The translations under genes and the position numbers were made by a program. A stretch of DNA of 64,000 nt from the human T2T-CHM13v2.0 reference genome, Homo sapiens, in NCBI RefSeq assembly GCF_009914755.1, contig NC_060939.1; one strand, given 5' to 3'. Below, one piece after another: positions 60,751 through 64,000 of this stretch. The notes under the pieces were generated by a model, which did not search any database, was not told the origin of the DNA, and was given only the letters and a program-made list of their open reading frames with translations. Position 1 is the first letter of the stretch, and the number at the start of each line of letters is the position of its first letter.

Positions 60751-61984
60751 TAAAAAGTTTTGAAGTCTCCAATTTTTCTGTTGAAGATTAAATGGTAATA
60801 TGACAACTGCTTTGAAGTTACCTTATGACTCCACTTCAGTCTAAATAGATGGGAGGTTATGATAATAATATATAGAAAGAAAGGGGATGTGCCAAAGGTC
60901 ACACAGCCCGTAGGTGGGCAGAACTTTCAATTTGAAAATGTATGAATTCATGACATGGAATCAAAGTTAATGAAATGAACATATTATACTCTGTCCTTGT
61001 ATACAAGATGATGGTGCTGATTTAAATTGTTTTATTGTGGTAATGATGTTTGCATTGATAGACTGCCCATTTAATTCCCCTATTTGCAATTGCATGGATT
61101 TTGCTTTAGAACATTATAAAGTCTGAGGCCATGGAACTCATGAAGGACTCAAGGCTCTGAGACTGTCTTCATTAGCACTGCTCTAACAAGACTGAGACAC
61201 ACTCATTTCAACTGGGATCAGAACATGGCTTACTTGCTTGAGTAGTTGATTTTATTATTGAAAAAGAACAATTAAGTCATTATTAAAATAGCCTTCGAAG
61301 AAGATGAATATTCAGTTATCCTTTACCTACCAATGGCTAAATTAAAGGCAATTCTCTTTATGAATTGATGCATTATTCCAGGCTCAGAAATATTGGCTCA
61401 TGCATTTAATATACTATAAATACAGGATGACTTTCAAGTTAAGATAAACTAGCTTACCTATTGAGCTCAAGCTGACTGCGTTATTAATGACATCATTAAA
61501 AGTAGAAGCAATATTTTATTAATTTAAAGGATGGATGACAATGTTATAATTAGATAACATAATTCAGATCAAAACTACATTTCCATTTCTACTTGGTAAA
61601 GTTAAGCATTTTAATCTATTTTTGTACTACTAAGATAATTGAATTTTATACTTTTTCAGACAATCAATAATATTTTGTAGTCATTTAAGAAAATGACAGA
61701 CAGACCTAATCATGTTGATGTGTCATTGGTGAACTTGGATTAGGTTCATACAGGAGTCACTTCATTCATTCTCTCACCACCTACCATCTGCCAAGTATTT
61801 GGAAATAATATAGTAAGAAGTCACTGTCCTCATTGAGTTTATTATACATAAAACTCCAAAATGTGCCTATAATATCAGATTTGCTCCAATATATATTTAG
61901 CAAAAATATCAACTGAGTGTCAGGGATATATAAAGACATTTTTAAACATCAATATTTCAAAAAACTAATTCTGATATACTCTTC

Positions 61985-62717
61985 AGCAGGAAGCTTCTAG
62001 GGGACATATGCCACCAAAATAAAGGAGTAAACATGAAAAAGAAAGGCTTAGGATCTAGGACCATATTTGTTAAATTGCACCAACATGCCCTGGAAAGCCA
62101 GAAAGGGTACTACAGAAAGTTTCAGTCATCAAAGGATATATACAGTGACATTTGTTGGACATCACATGAATTACCACTAGTATTTGTTGAGACCAAAGTA
62201 CTTAGTACACAGAACTATTAGGTATTTCTTTTTGGCATAGAGTGTCATTAAAGAAAAAAAAAACTGATTCAAAGGGCATTATAAAATGAGAGCATTTGAA
62301 AATATTTGATCAAGTTTACGGGGTATCAAACAGAAGACAAAGGCAAAGTGAATCTTCAGGGGGATGATGAAAGGATGTTCTTCAAGACTAATGTTCAGCA
62401 GGCCTAGAGTTGTACCAGGCAACACTGAAGCAGGTCAGGTGACTCTGGGAGAGCCTTCTTCAAAAGGGGGATGGGGAAAAGCGATAGAATGCCTGATGGA
62501 TTTAAATGCTTTAAGAGAGAGGATCTGCACTGCTGAGAAGGTTGTGGCATGATTTATGACAAATACATTTTAAAAAGAAGTAAACTAACACGAGACAACT
62601 GCTAACACACAGAAAAGAAAAATATTAAAAAGGAAAAAATAGCCATAGCAATATACATGGCTCATTTGATAATAGTTTTTTATCATGTAAAAATAATGCA
62701 ACCACTGAATATCTTTA
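61985..62717 (+). mobile_element. HAL1-like remnant
   Basis: tgccaccaaaataaaggagtaaac..gaaaaagaaagg..ggatctagg and acatggctca..ataatgcaaccactgaatat resemble HAL1. Confidence 0.45.
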
Positions 62718-62922
62718 AAAATTTGGCTATTCAATGTGGCAATTCCTCAAGGATCTAGAACTAGAAATACCATTTGACCCAGTAATCCCATTACTGGGTA
62801 TATATACCCAAAGTATTATAAATCATTCTACTATAAAGACACATGCACACCTATGTTTACTGGAGCATTATTCACAATAGAAAAGACTTGGAACTAACCC
62901 AAATGTCCATCAATGATAGACT

Positions 62923-63875
62923 GGATATCCATCACCTCCAAATATTTATCATTTGTATATGTTGGGAACATTTCAAGTCTTACCTTCTAGCTGTTCTGAA
63001 ATATACAACACATTATTGTTAATTATAGTCACCCTCCCCTGCTATTAAATATTAGAACTTATTCTCTCTGTCTACCCATATGTTTGTATCTATTAACCAT
63101 CTTTTCTTCATCCCTTCCCATAACCCTTCCCAGCCTCTGATAATTATCATTCTGTTACCGAAACACCAGGAGTTTGGTCTAGATCCTGCTGCTCGGCACA
63201 CTGAAAGCCAATAATTGAGATGACAAGTATTGTGAAGGAAGAAGGCTTTAATTGGGTGCTGCAGCCAAGAGATGGGAGCTCAGTCTCAAATCCATCTCCC
63301 TGACTGACTAAAACTAGAGGTTTATATAGCGTGGAGGAATTGTAACAGCGTGTAAGAAAGCAGGACCTAGGCAGGGGAAAGGAGGCATTTGGAGCAGTGA
63401 CCTGGTGAGTTTTAGTTCTTTGATACTTTTTTTGAGAGGCTTGAAGGTCCTTTCCTGAGGAAGAAGCTCAGATAAAACAAATGTAAGTTTCAGGTTTTTA
63501 CAGCAGAAGGGCCAATTTCTATGTTTATCCAAAAATAACTATCTATGGGTCTATTTCAATTCTACTCTTTACCTCCATAAAATTAACTTTTTAGTGGTCA
63601 CATATGAGTGAGAACATAATGATATTTGTCTTTCTGTGCCTGACTCATTTCACTTAACATAATAATCTACAATCCCATCCATATTGCTGCAAATGACATT
63701 CTTTAATATGGCTGAATGTTATTCCATTATACATATGTAATATATGTGTATAAAATGGAATATATATGTATATATAATGGAATATGAATACACACACATT
63801 TTCTATACCCTTACATCTATTACTGGACACATGTACACATGTTGATCCATATATTGGCTATTACAAATAGTAACA
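62923..63875 (-). mobile_element. L1MA (MA4-6-like) 3'UTR/ORF2-end fragment, split by an LTR
   Basis: tccatcacctc.aaatatttatcattt..tgttgggaacatttcaag, ttgttaattatagtcaccct, catatgagtgagaacat, ttctgtgcctgactcatttcacttaacataata. Confidence 0.85.
63153..63558. mobile_element. ERV1 (MER4-group) solo LTR
   Basis: TG...CA ends (tgttaccgaaacaccagg...ctatttca); perfect 4-bp TSD attc at 63149-63152 and 63559-63562, the length typical of ERV1. Confidence 0.85.
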
Positions 63876-64000
63876 ACCATGGCACGTGTATACCTAACAA
63901 ACCTGCACGTTCTGCACATGTACCCCAGAACTTAAAGTATAATAATAAAGAAAATTGGGTCTATTTTGAGAGAATATGAGAAATGTACAAATTTTTTAGC

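Larger units (their letters stand above)
62732..63950 (+). mobile_element. 5'-truncated L1PA (PA6-8-like) in two pieces, 62732-62927 and ~63875-63950
   Basis: ttcctcaaggatctagaactagaaataccatttgaccc...gatagactggata, then ccatggcacgtgtatacc...ccccagaacttaaagtataataataaag; approximate TSD aaaatttggctatt (62718-62731) / aaaattgggtctatt (63951-63965). Confidence 0.85.

Overview
AT-rich, CpG-poor primate DNA, most likely human (AluY, L1PA3-like, THE1/MST). It is intergenic or deep intronic, and I recognise no cellular exon, RNA gene, CpG island or CRISPR array. More than half of the window is interspersed repeat. Main elements: (1) a three-level L1 nest at ~8.0-26.9 kb, where an ancient L1M hosts an L1PB1 and an L1MD-like element, which in turn hosts a full-length 6.16-kb L1PA3-like copy with a perfect 16-bp TSD; (2) a full-length ~8.1-kb L1MA2-like element with its TSD, carrying an MSTA LTR and an L1PA tail; (3) an old MLT1/ERVL-type provirus remnant with readable RNase H, integrase and dUTPase motifs; (4) six Alus, several solo LTRs, DNA transposons and MIR/L3/HAL1 fragments. 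Every long ORF is L1-derived and disrupted. I see no new gene system. The most unusual signals are rearrangement scars: an age-inverted capture of older L1MA+LTR DNA inside a younger L1PA (62.7-64.0 kb), two snap-back/templated-insertion scars inside L1s, and a ~135-bp duplication of apparently unique sequence 3.3 kb apart. The young L1 also has a 5'UTR that keeps the ZNF93-target segment and an altered ORF0. Subfamily names come from remembered consensus sequences and need confirmation with RepeatMasker/Dfam.
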